From Pseudomonadales bacterium (GTDB lineage Bacteria > Pseudomonadota > Gammaproteobacteria > Pseudomonadales > JANQJO01): DNA of 64,000 bases. Shown here piece by piece: positions 48,183 through 57,678 of the stretch. A model generated the notes under the pieces. It ran no database searches. It saw only the letters and a program-made list of their open reading frames with translations, and was not told where the DNA came from. Every line of letters starts with the position of its first letter. Position 1 is the first letter of the stretch. The translations under genes were made by a program, and so were the position numbers. The stretch spans positions 20,711 through 84,710 of the forward strand of contig JANQJO010000114.1 in assembly GCA_028281605.1 (NCBI GenBank). The letters run 5' to 3'.

Positions 48183-48811
48183 CGCAATGCCTTAGCCTTA
48201 CGCCAGACAAGAGAGGCAATCTTCTTCAACTGTCCCCAATTCTCCTGCTCTTGTAATACATTGGGTAAAATACTGGTCATGCCTACGGCAAACACATTAC
48301 TTTCCATTAAAAATGCCTCAAAATTATCCATCGTAATCCCTCCGGTTGGACAAAACCACACATCCGGAAAAGGCCCTTTAAGTGACCTCAATGTCTCCAC
48401 CCCCCCCATGGCTGCAGCTGGAAAAAACTTAAAATCAGACAACCCCATGCCCAAACCTCGCATAATTTCACTGGACGTAGCAACACCTGGTATTATAGCT
48501 GTTTGCAACGCACGAGCCTTTTCAATCAGCTTAGCAGAAAGGCCAGGACACAATACAAACTGGGCGCCTTCCCGTACCACAAGCTCTAATTGATGCTCAT
48601 TAATAACAGTACCAGCCCCAACCCTACAGTCAGGAAAATTCTGAGCAAAAAAAGTAATCGCCTCTAAAGCAACAGGTGTTCTCAGTGTAATTTCTACACA
48701 ACCAACACCTATTTCAGATAAAATATCAGCAACAGGCTTAATATGCCGAGAGTGAGTAAAAGACACAACAGGCACAATAGGACCCAAATCCCTGGAAGAG
48801 AAAGCCATCAT
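48179..48811 (-). CDS. eda: KDPG/KHG aldolase
   Basis: VEITLRTP, GAGTV, PGVATSSEI, FKFFPA, CPTGGI. 4-nt overlap with pgl. Confidence 0.85.
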   Translation of the reverse strand: MMAFSSRDLGPIVPVVSFTHSRHIKPVADILSEIGVGCVEITLRTPVALEAITFFAQNFPDCRVGAGTVINEHQLELVVREGAQFVLCPGLSAKLIEKARALQTAIIPGVATSSEIMRGLGMGLSDFKFFPAAAMGGVETLRSLKGPFPDVWFCPTGGITMDNFEAFLMESNVFAVGMTSILPNVLQEQENWGQLKKIASLVWRKAKALR

Positions 48812-49243
48812 TTAAAACACATCGAAAAATGTCCAAGTCCAAGTAAAGTCCAAGCTAAAGTACTTAGAATTCAACCCATCATAAATATTAATCAATCGGA
48901 AAGATTTTTTCTTTACTACCCACCAAAGCAATACCCCTTCAAAAAATTATAGACTCTGGAACACTTTAAATACACCTATAAAGTGTTAGATTATTTTACA
49001 CTTTACTTTTAACAAGCTCAACAAAGGCAACGAAAAATAACATAAGTGATTGATAAATATAATTTTATCTTACTTGGCACAAGTTATGCTTAATTCTGCA
49101 ATGAGAATTTACAGTTTTAACCTACAATGAAAAGCAAGCACATCTCATATCATATGTAGGCTTATGATAAGTAAGGACTCACTAGACACTCTGATGTGTC
49201 ACCCAACCAATAATTTTTAGTTATTTTACGGAGAAACATAATC

Positions 49244-49807
49244 ATGAAAAAAGTATTCCAACAATTTGCCGCAGGTTGCGCACTACTCACATGCTCAATA
49301 GTAGCAAGTGCCGCCCCAATTACTGGCTCTATCGGATTTGGCTTTGGCGTTAATCCTTTAGATGGACCTGCAGGTTCAGCAGTAGCCTTCGATGCTGCCA
49401 AGTACATTGACGTTATAGGCGACGCAGCTATTGTCACCACAGTTGAAGCTGGTAGCACCCTAGGTGGAATATTCGGTCTATTTTCACCAGTAGCATACTA
49501 TGACTTCTCAATTGACCCATTTTCTGCGGTTGAGCCTTTGTGGTCTGGCAGCGGGGTTAGCTTTGACTTATTAACAATGAGCATAGACCAACAAACTACA
49601 TTGGACCTTGATCTATCAGGAACAGGCATTATGAAACTAGCTGGATACGATGACACAGAATATTCTTGGTCATTTTCTGCAGACTCAACAGGTGCTGTAT
49701 TTTCAGCTTCTTCAACCAACGCACCTGTTTCTGAACCAGCCATACTGGCTCTTTTAGGGATCGGTCTTGCTGGCTTAAGCGTTACTCGACGTAAAACAAA
49801 AGCTTAA
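49244..49807 (+). CDS. secreted PEP-CTERM sorting-domain protein
   Basis: Signal peptide. The C-terminal VSEPAILALLGIGLAGLSVTRRKTKA matches the PEP-CTERM layout (xEP, TM helix, basic tail). GGAG RBS upstream. Confidence 0.7.
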   Translation: MKKVFQQFAAGCALLTCSIVASAAPITGSIGFGFGVNPLDGPAGSAVAFDAAKYIDVIGDAAIVTTVEAGSTLGGIFGLFSPVAYYDFSIDPFSAVEPLWSGSGVSFDLLTMSIDQQTTLDLDLSGTGIMKLAGYDDTEYSWSFSADSTGAVFSASSTNAPVSEPAILALLGIGLAGLSVTRRKTKA

Positions 49808-49842
49808 GTTCTTGTAAAAAACATTAACGCTACTCATCAAAA

Positions 49843-49882
49843 AAAGCCCCAACTTTTGATTATTAGAGTTGGGGCTTTTTTT
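49843..49882 (+). terminator. rho-independent terminator of the PEP-CTERM gene
   Basis: AAAGCCCCAACT-12 nt loop-AGTTGGGGCTTT followed by a T run. Confidence 0.8.
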
Positions 49883-49921
49883 ATGCACCAGCAACGCTAC
49901 ACTTCAGTTCTTAATCTCAAC

Positions 49922-49947
49922 TTAGGAACGAGCACGAAATAAATTCC
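49922..49947. repeat. copy 2 of the short intergenic repeat seen at 12908
   Basis: TTAGGAACGAGCACGAAATAAATTCC compared with CTAGGAACGAACACGAAATAAATTCC at 12909-12934. Confidence 0.6.
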
Positions 49948-50024
49948 CGTTTATACGCAGAACTATTTTTTGCTATCAAGGCGAGAAAATGGGCGCATAG
50001 TTATTCTATGTATTCAACATGATT

Positions 50025-52196
50025 TCAAGAAGAAAGATTATTTAACCTCAACACATTCTCCGATGAAGCAAGCAACTGATTCATAAAAGCACGAGCGCTC
50101 AATGGCTCAGACAAACAAGGGCCTTGAACCAAATCTGCTTTCAAAGCTTTTACTTCTTTCCAAGTATAAATATCTTGAACATCAGAAACCAACATTTTAC
50201 AGTCAAACCTATGTAAACAATCGATAATGCTCTTTGCTTCTGAATGTAAGAACACATTTTTGCTCAATGTATGTGCTGTGGATTTTTCAGAGACAAACGA
50301 TAAAAAATCAGAGGCAGATAACTGTATTCTCTTTACTAATACATTAGAAGCCTTATTCAACACTGTATAAGCATCTGAGAACCCATTTAATACCAACGAC
50401 AAACTAGAACGGTACAAAAAGTCCATATTTTCCTCAAAAGCAATGACATCAAGAGAAAGGTTGTGCAAGCGGTTCAAACTCAATTCATCAAGCTGTATCA
50501 CAACAAACTCTGGTTTTATACCACTCTGACTGATAAAATATTTAAAAGCCTGTATAAAACAAGCCAAATGTACTTTATGCGGTAACAGTTCAATAGTCAC
50601 TGGAATAACTTTATCCAATACCTTTGCTTTATCCCACACTTTTATATGATGACTTAACTCTCTAAAAAACCATTCATTGTACAACATCAAAAACCTTTGA
50701 CTCTCCGACTGAGACATAATTTCTTCAACCGACTTTGAACCCTCAGGCAATCGAGAGTAATAAGGAATCACCTTTGCTCCAACTATGGATTTAGAACCGC
50801 TAAAGTCGTACTGAGGCAAAAACTTCAACTCCAGCAAGCCATGCTCCATCACTTCTAGTATTTTGCTTTCATCTTCTTCAACAGCATCACACAATTGATC
50901 AAAAGAATCATTCCAAAACAAAAAGCTATTTTTTCCTTTCTTTTTAGCAAAATACATAGCTTTATCAGCTAACCGCACCAATTCCGATGTCTCCCTAGTA
51001 TCATCTGGAGACAAACTAATCCCTATACTGGCACCTACCCGAACTTCTTTTTGCTCAATCACAAACTGTCTATCAAGAGCACTAATAATCTTCTGTGCAA
51101 TTTTTTTTGGCACCTGTGGTCCCTCACAATCTTTTAATACTAAAATAAACTCATCTCCACCTATACGAGCTAAAAAATCTTCTTGTCTTACACAAGTGCG
51201 CATAACCAAACTGATAGTTCTTAATACTTCATCACCTACCTGATGACCATATTCATCATTTACAAATTTAAAATCATCTAAATCAATCAACAATAAAGCT
51301 ATAGACTTGGAGCTACGGTTCAAACTATGCATTGCAACATTCAAATACTCCCAGAAATTTCTACGATTAGGCAAACAGGTAAGGGGATCATTGTAAGCAA
51401 TATCTTTTAACTGTATCTGAGATTTTTCAAACGATTCTAACAAGTTATTAAAAGCTTCATTTAAATCTTTTAACTCTGAAGGACCAGATGTATTTATTCT
51501 TTTAGAAAAATCCATTTTATTGGCCATCATCCTATAAAACTTTGAAGTCTCAAGCAGTGGACTTGATAAAGTATGCTTAAGATGCAAATAAACCCATAGA
51601 GTAAGCAATAAAACAAAAACCATCAACAATACCAAAATACCTGATCTTTGCTCAAAGTAATCTGTGAAATTATTTGATTGTTTTCCAACCCACACACTCG
51701 CTAAAACTCGATCAGACAATTTTATTTCTTCTCGATACCAAATTCCATTTTCAATAATTTCACTACTAATATTTGAGCAATCAGAAACAACAGCTGTCGA
51801 AAAGCTCGAAAACAGGCTTTTCCCCGACACATCATATATGCATACTTTTTGTGAAAAACCTTGCAAAATTAAAGCATCTAAAGATTTTTTCAAACCTTGC
51901 ATATCTTCCATTAGCAAATGCGGTTTAACTGTTTCAACAACGAGCTGTTTAAATAATTCTCCTTGATTCACAGACTTATTTTTACTCATCGTATAATCGT
52001 AATAAATCAGACTTGAAAAACTCAATGCAAAAGCTATTAAATAATAAATCAATAAAGTTAAACAAGTATGGCGTAAAAAAGGGTAAGCTTTCATTTTATA
52101 AATCATAAGACTCAAACTTTTTACTTGTCTTAACAAAATATCATTAAGCAAGAATTGTATTTTTATTAATTTTCTATATTTGTTGGATTCGTTCAC
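50025..52196 (-). CDS. membrane sensor with HAMP-like linker, GGDEF domain and degenerate EAL-like C-terminal domain
   Basis: Two TM helices flank a periplasmic region. GGDEF active site RIGGDEF plus YNDPLTCLPNRR. The C-terminal part starts LLELKFLPQYD and ends KADLVQGPCLSEPL, which is EAL-like but with the EAL motif itself altered. True start is probably an internal Met. Confidence 0.7.
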   Translation of the reverse strand: MNESNKYRKLIKIQFLLNDILLRQVKSLSLMIYKMKAYPFLRHTCLTLLIYYLIAFALSFSSLIYYDYTMSKNKSVNQGELFKQLVVETVKPHLLMEDMQGLKKSLDALILQGFSQKVCIYDVSGKSLFSSFSTAVVSDCSNISSEIIENGIWYREEIKLSDRVLASVWVGKQSNNFTDYFEQRSGILVLLMVFVLLLTLWVYLHLKHTLSSPLLETSKFYRMMANKMDFSKRINTSGPSELKDLNEAFNNLLESFEKSQIQLKDIAYNDPLTCLPNRRNFWEYLNVAMHSLNRSSKSIALLLIDLDDFKFVNDEYGHQVGDEVLRTISLVMRTCVRQEDFLARIGGDEFILVLKDCEGPQVPKKIAQKIISALDRQFVIEQKEVRVGASIGISLSPDDTRETSELVRLADKAMYFAKKKGKNSFLFWNDSFDQLCDAVEEDESKILEVMEHGLLELKFLPQYDFSGSKSIVGAKVIPYYSRLPEGSKSVEEIMSQSESQRFLMLYNEWFFRELSHHIKVWDKAKVLDKVIPVTIELLPHKVHLACFIQAFKYFISQSGIKPEFVVIQLDELSLNRLHNLSLDVIAFEENMDFLYRSSLSLVLNGFSDAYTVLNKASNVLVKRIQLSASDFLSFVSEKSTAHTLSKNVFLHSEAKSIIDCLHRFDCKMLVSDVQDIYTWKEVKALKADLVQGPCLSEPLSARAFMNQLLASSENVLRLNNLSS

Positions 52197-52397
52197 AACT
52201 GTTTATTGCAGAATTTTTTTAAAATACCAGATAAACAGCTCTATTAGATTGCTCTATAAATTAACTAATTACACTTTTTTTTTGTCAACATGTGTAATAT
52301 TTTTTATCTATAAAAATGCACTTACACACGGTTTGAGCTTGTTTTCTAAGACATTAGGCAAGAAGGTAACTATCGGCGAGATACATGAAAACTCAAC

Positions 52398-53957
52398 TTA
52401 AACAGTTTGACGCAACTGAATTTTCACAGCTATATATTTTGAAAAAGTTTTCTTCACAGTTAATACAAAACTCAAAACTAAAATACTGGCACATAAACCA
52501 ACAACAGGTAGCAAACCCATTATTGAATATGGAGTCTTTCCAATCATTGCTGTCACCTGACCCGATAAAACAGCTTGTTCAAATTTCGGTAAAACCTCCA
52601 CAGTTTTACCCACATGATCTGCAATACCTGTTACACCATTGTTAGTTGCACGAACCAACATTTTACCCATTTCTAAGGCTCTCATACGAGCCATCTCAAA
52701 ATGCTGATCTGGACCAAAAGAGCCCCCAAACCAACCATCATTACTAACTGTCAACAAAATATCAACATCTTTACTGTATTCACGCACAAGCTCAGGATAA
52801 ACGATCTCATAACAAATAAAAGGCGCTATACGATACCCCTGAGCCAAAAGAAATTCTTGGTTTTCATCACCTTTGGTAAAACTGGACATTGGCAAATTAA
52901 AAAACGGGCCCAATTTACGTAGAAATCCAGAAAAAGGTACAAACTCTCCAAAGGGGACTAATTTTTGTTTTGCATACGCTCCACTACCAACCCCTTGGGC
53001 AATGATACCATTAAACAAAGTGGCTTCACCACCTTGAACCTCAACCCATGGAACACCCGCAATCCAACCAGCATTTTGTTCTTTAGCCTGATCATTAAAT
53101 TGCTCTATAAACTCCCATGATTCATGCCAAAAAGAAGGAACAGCCGCCTCTGGCCAAATCAATAAATGCTGCGTCGATTCTGGCTGTTGCTGCCAGATAT
53201 TTCTTGATAAGGTTTCATAATGCTGAAGTATTTTCGGTCTATTCTCAGGTATCCACTTTTCCTCCTGAGGTATATTGCCCTGTACTAAGTGCACATCAAT
53301 CCATCGCGAAACATCAGGACGCACCCACTGCACCATACTTAAGACCGAACCCAAAAACCAAATACTAACAATCAGCAATACACTCTTAAGCCAAGCTTGT
53401 TTACGAGAAAGACAAGCTGCTAAAATCCCAGCACATAAAACCACGATAAAACTGAGGCCTAAAGCACCAACAATCGGTGCATAACCAGAAATGGCTGTAT
53501 CTATAAAAGCATAGCCTGCAAACAACCAAGGAAAACCCACCGAAAAAATCCAAATACGAACCCACTCCAATAATACCCACAACGCCGCAAAATACAAGGC
53601 TTTTGGCACTTTATAGGGAGGCCAGTTAAAGTAAACCCAAGCTAGGAATGCAAAAAAAAGCGCAAGAAATAACACAAAGCCAGCCGTCATGATGACTGAC
53701 ACAACAAAAGGCATGTAACCATATTCATAGATACTGACAAAAATCCAAGAAACACCAACCCCAAAAAGCCCTACCCCATAACACCAACCCAACAAGAAAG
53801 CCGACTTTGGATTCTGTGTTAACTCTAATAACCACAAAAAACCCGCTATAGATACAATTAAAAGAGGCCAAACATTGACGGGGGCAAAAGCTAGGGGATA
53901 TAAAGCCCCACACGCCAGAGCCAAAATATAAAGAAGACAGTTAGCTATTGTATTCAT
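52398..53957 (-). CDS. lnt: apolipoprotein N-acyltransferase
   Basis: Multi-TM N-terminus plus a CN-hydrolase domain (LLIWPEAAVP, PFICYEIVYPELV). Start moved to MNTIANCLLY (ATG 53955-53957). Confidence 0.9.
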   Translation of the reverse strand: MNTIANCLLYILALACGALYPLAFAPVNVWPLLIVSIAGFLWLLELTQNPKSAFLLGWCYGVGLFGVGVSWIFVSIYEYGYMPFVVSVIMTAGFVLFLALFFAFLAWVYFNWPPYKVPKALYFAALWVLLEWVRIWIFSVGFPWLFAGYAFIDTAISGYAPIVGALGLSFIVVLCAGILAACLSRKQAWLKSVLLIVSIWFLGSVLSMVQWVRPDVSRWIDVHLVQGNIPQEEKWIPENRPKILQHYETLSRNIWQQQPESTQHLLIWPEAAVPSFWHESWEFIEQFNDQAKEQNAGWIAGVPWVEVQGGEATLFNGIIAQGVGSGAYAKQKLVPFGEFVPFSGFLRKLGPFFNLPMSSFTKGDENQEFLLAQGYRIAPFICYEIVYPELVREYSKDVDILLTVSNDGWFGGSFGPDQHFEMARMRALEMGKMLVRATNNGVTGIADHVGKTVEVLPKFEQAVLSGQVTAMIGKTPYSIMGLLPVVGLCASILVLSFVLTVKKTFSKYIAVKIQLRQTV

Positions 53958-54142
53958 TTTATCGTTCCATTTACCATGAGCAAGAGCTGCCATGAGCACC
54001 ACCAGGGTATACTACCATCAACACACATAAACAACAATTTATAGAAAAATCAGACAAAACGGCCATGAGCGATGTCTTTTTCATCACCTCAAATGATGAA
54101 AAAGATATTTTCATCATAATAAAGTATAAAAAAGTTCAGACT

Positions 54143-54991
54143 TCAAGCAGGAGGTGTAACTTGCAATAAACGAATACTACGTTGATCAGCATTCAAAATT
54201 TTAAAGACAAAAGCATTCACTTTTATCGTCTCATTACGTTTTGGCAAATGGCCAAAATGATGCATAACAACCCCACCAATAGTATCAAATTCATTTTCAT
54301 CAAAACTTGCTTGAAAATGCTCATTAAACTCTTCAATAGGCGTATGGGCCTTGACTATATGATCCCGTCCCGATGAAGCTTTAATAAGTCCGTTTTCTTC
54401 ATCATCATGCTCATCCTCAATGTCACCGACAATCTGTTCTAACACATCCTCAATAGTTACCAAGCCAGCTACTTCACCGTACTCATCAACCACAATCGCC
54501 ATATGGTTACGGTTAGCCTTAAATTCTCGCAATAGTACATGCAAACGCTTACTCTGTGGTACAAAAGCAGCAGGACGCACCAAATCCTTAACATTCAAAT
54601 TTTTCAGTTGCTGCTTCTCAACCAAAGGCAATAAGTCTTTTGCCAACAATATACCAATGACTTCATCAGAATCTTCTCCTAATACAGGAAAACGAGAGTG
54701 AGCAGAGCGCGTAATAGTCTCTAGCACCAAAGCTGCACTGTGATCAATAGAAATACATGCCATTTGACTTCTCGGAACCATGATTTCTCTCACCTTCATT
54801 TCACCAAGATGCACAGCGCCTAACATAATGCTTAAAATATCATTATCTAATAAACCACGCTGCTCAGCAGCCTTAATCAATGTCACTAAATCTTCTTGAT
54901 TTCGTGGCTCAGCTGAAAAAATGTCTGCCAATCTGGCCAGTAAAGTTTGAGATCTTGCCACAGGTGCTGTGGTTGATTCTAGATCGTTCAT
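54143..54991 (-). CDS. corC: CBS-pair / CorC_HlyC domain protein (Mg/Co efflux-associated CorC)
   Basis: MVPRSQM, tandem CBS, AIVVDEYGEVAGLVTIEDVLEQIVGDIEDE, and a C-terminal transporter-associated domain. ybeY-corC order with a 4-nt overlap. Confidence 0.85.
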   Translation of the reverse strand: MNDLESTTAPVARSQTLLARLADIFSAEPRNQEDLVTLIKAAEQRGLLDNDILSIMLGAVHLGEMKVREIMVPRSQMACISIDHSAALVLETITRSAHSRFPVLGEDSDEVIGILLAKDLLPLVEKQQLKNLNVKDLVRPAAFVPQSKRLHVLLREFKANRNHMAIVVDEYGEVAGLVTIEDVLEQIVGDIEDEHDDEENGLIKASSGRDHIVKAHTPIEEFNEHFQASFDENEFDTIGGVVMHHFGHLPKRNETIKVNAFVFKILNADQRSIRLLQVTPPA

Positions 54992-55509
54992 AATACTCCT
55001 TCATAACAAATAAGATAGGGATCCAAATACCCCAACTGCTTTAAAATATTTTTTTCAAGCGTTTCCATTTCTAACGCTGCAACTGGTATTTGATGGTCAT
55101 AGCCCAATAGATGTAGCACACCATGTACAGTTAAATGCGCCCAATGCGCTAAAATTTCTTTACCTTGTTCTCTTATTTCTCTCTTAATAACCGGCGCACA
55201 CATGACAATATCTCCCAAGTAACACAACTCGAAAGGTAAATCGGCTTTAAACATAAAGGATAATACGTTTGTGGGGTGGGACTTATTACAATACCGCATG
55301 TTTAGATTTGCAGATTCCTCTTGATCAACGATACGTACCGTCAATTCGATAGGATCTGCTTTATTTTTACAAGAAACTTCTTTTACATTTACATTCACCT
55401 GACACAGATGATTTAAAACTGTTTGAATCCATAAAATAAAACTAGATTCAGGAGGCACCTCCTCATCAATCGATTCGACTTGAAAATCTAATATTATCTC
55501 AGAAGACAT
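54988..55509 (-). CDS. ybeY: rRNA maturation endoribonuclease YbeY
   Basis: Zn-binding HLTVHGVLHLLGYDH motif. Confidence 0.9.
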   Translation of the reverse strand: MSSEIILDFQVESIDEEVPPESSFILWIQTVLNHLCQVNVNVKEVSCKNKADPIELTVRIVDQEESANLNMRYCNKSHPTNVLSFMFKADLPFELCYLGDIVMCAPVIKREIREQGKEILAHWAHLTVHGVLHLLGYDHQIPVAALEMETLEKNILKQLGYLDPYLICYEGVL

Positions 55510-55541
55510 AAATAATCAGTATCTTAATTGATCTATTTTAT

Positions 55542-56678
55542 TCAAGATAAGTCTTTAGGATCAGCCCCTTTTGGCTGACCTTGCTGTAGCTCATAAGACT
55601 CATAAGCTTCGACTATATTTTGCACTAAACTATGCCTGACCACATCAGATGCACTAAAATGGGTAAAACCAATGCCTTCCACCTCAGATAAAACCTCTAT
55701 CGCGTGCGTCAAACCCGACTCAACACTTCTGGCTAAATCAATTTGGGTACAATCTCCCGTAATCACTGCTTGACTCCCAAAACCCAAACGTGTTAAAAAC
55801 ATTTTCATTTGCTGCACTGTTGTATTTTGACTTTCATCCAAAATAATAAAAGCATGATTCAATGTACGTCCACGCATATAGGCTAAAGGGGCTATTTCGA
55901 TAACCTCTCGATCCATATATTTATGCACTGTCTCAAACCCTAACATTTCATACAAAGCATCATAAAGAGGACGCAGATAAGGATTCACTTTCTCTACCAT
56001 ATCACCTGGTAAAAATCCCAATTTTTCTCCAGCCTCAACCGCAGGCCTAACCAATACAATTTTTCTCACCTCACCTTGCTCTAAGGCACTGATTGCACAC
56101 GCTACTGCCAAAAATGTTTTGCCTGTCCCCGCAGGGCCTGTACCGAAATTCACATCCAAAGATTGAATTTTTTTAACATAAGATCGCTGTTTGTCTCCTC
56201 TTGGCTTTATATGACTACGTCCTGCTCTTACAGTCAAATCTTGCCCCTGGAGCACAATGTCTTTCGCTTGCTGCAGCTCTTGCGTTGTCAACACTGTTTC
56301 ACTAGCATCTGATTTGCTTTTTTTCGCTTGCAGCTGTGTCAATTGTAAAACCTTTTGTTCGCTGTACTTGTCATCCAACTGTTTATCATAAGGACTTTTT
56401 TGCATATGGCGCTCTTGTATAGCTAAGTGAATATGATCAGGAATCAGATCAGAGCCACCGGAAGTTTCCGCGTAAAGCACGCGTAACAAGTCTTTTGCCG
56501 CAATCACAGCAGCATTATCACCGGTCAATTGAAAGAAGTTACCACGGTTGCTGATATGAACACCTAATCGGTTTTCAATTTGGCGTAAATGTTCATCGAG
56601 CTGTCCACACAAGCTGGCCAGTCGTTTGGAATCATAAGGCTCTAAGGTAAGTTGCTGTGTTTCTAATATCACGCCCAA
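55542..56678 (-). CDS. ybeZ: PhoH-like ATPase (YbeZ)
   Basis: Walker A GPAGTGKTFLA, LVRPAVEAGEKLGFLPGD, ILDESQN. Carries a ~60-aa Q/K-rich internal insert. Confidence 0.85.
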   Translation of the reverse strand: MGVILETQQLTLEPYDSKRLASLCGQLDEHLRQIENRLGVHISNRGNFFQLTGDNAAVIAAKDLLRVLYAETSGGSDLIPDHIHLAIQERHMQKSPYDKQLDDKYSEQKVLQLTQLQAKKSKSDASETVLTTQELQQAKDIVLQGQDLTVRAGRSHIKPRGDKQRSYVKKIQSLDVNFGTGPAGTGKTFLAVACAISALEQGEVRKIVLVRPAVEAGEKLGFLPGDMVEKVNPYLRPLYDALYEMLGFETVHKYMDREVIEIAPLAYMRGRTLNHAFIILDESQNTTVQQMKMFLTRLGFGSQAVITGDCTQIDLARSVESGLTHAIEVLSEVEGIGFTHFSASDVVRHSLVQNIVEAYESYELQQGQPKGADPKDLS

Positions 56679-56986
56679 TGTGATATAATCTCGCTTCTTG
56701 TTATTGTTATGTTAATACTGCTGCACTTGTTACAGCTGTTACATTCAAAGAACTCTCCAAAGAACCCCCTAAAGAACTCTCTTGCATCTGCATCAACCTC
56801 CTCCTCCAATTTAAATGTATTCATGTAAGCACAGACTTCAGCCAGATTAATACAAAAACAATAAGATAGCTGTACCGATTCTCTTAAATGACCCCTCTGA
56901 AAGCATAAGGCTCTCTTTCCGTCAGCATATACCCAAATCAAGTTTTGGAAAAGCAGTTTTTCTGTTTTTACACATGTCCTTATCAA
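56669..56986 (-). CDS. doubtful small Cys-rich ORF upstream of ybeZ
   Basis: 105 aa. Overlaps the ybeZ start by 10 nt. No motif and no clear RBS. Listed only because it fills the gap where miaB often sits. Confidence 0.15.
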   Translation of the reverse strand: MIRTCVKTEKLLFQNLIWVYADGKRALCFQRGHLRESVQLSYCFCINLAEVCAYMNTFKLEEEVDADAREFFRGFFGEFFECNSCNKCSSINITITRSEIISHWA

Positions 56987-57063
56987 TTAAAAATTGTACC
57001 CAAAAGCACACTAACAATTCAAGCCACTGAAAAAAAAAGAAAAATCATAAAATTTAGCTTGAT

Positions 57064-57675
57064 TTAAGCACTTTTTTTGAAATAAAAATACCACCCAAGC
57101 CCACTCACAGTGCCAAAAATAAAACCATACAAGTGGGCATCAACGGCAACAGCTCCTCCAATCAAGGCAGCAGTTTTATCATCATTAAACCAAGCAGATT
57201 GCTCATATAGAATTTTTGCAGCCAACCCACCCCATACACAGAGGCTCAGTATGCGCATCTGACGTGCTGCCAGGATTACATAGTAAGCCAAATAGCCGTG
57301 TAAAATTCCAGAAAAGCCCACATAATAAGCAATTTGAGGAGAATACCAATAAATCAACAACCCAATAAGCCAAGCTAAAGCCGTCACAGTCAACAGATCC
57401 GGCCATGGGTTTTGCTCTTTTAGAAAAGTGGCTATCAGTAGCAATAGGCCTGTGATATTCATCAAGGCATGATGAAAGCCCAAATGCACCCAATGAGAGG
57501 TAAACAACCTCCACCATTGACCTTGTTCAATAGCAAAACGATCAAAGCGTAACAATTGGCTAGACTGTGGCTCAAAGTAATACAACACAATACACCCAAC
57601 TAAAAAAAGACCGTTATGTATCGATTGTTTGGCTACCTGAAGCCATGAAAAAGAAAACATGCTAGCAGTATACAC
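57064..57675 (-). CDS. rhomboid-family intramembrane serine protease, rhombosortase-like
   Basis: About 200 aa with 6 TM helices. LRFDRFAIEQGQWWRLFTSHWVHLGFHHALMN, catalytic GFSGILHG and downstream AHLYGFIFG. Size and motifs fit the short rhombosortase subtype. Confidence 0.6.
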   Translation of the reverse strand: MYTASMFSFSWLQVAKQSIHNGLFLVGCIVLYYFEPQSSQLLRFDRFAIEQGQWWRLFTSHWVHLGFHHALMNITGLLLLIATFLKEQNPWPDLLTVTALAWLIGLLIYWYSPQIAYYVGFSGILHGYLAYYVILAARQMRILSLCVWGGLAAKILYEQSAWFNDDKTAALIGGAVAVDAHLYGFIFGTVSGLGWYFYFKKSA

Positions 57676-57678
57676 TAC

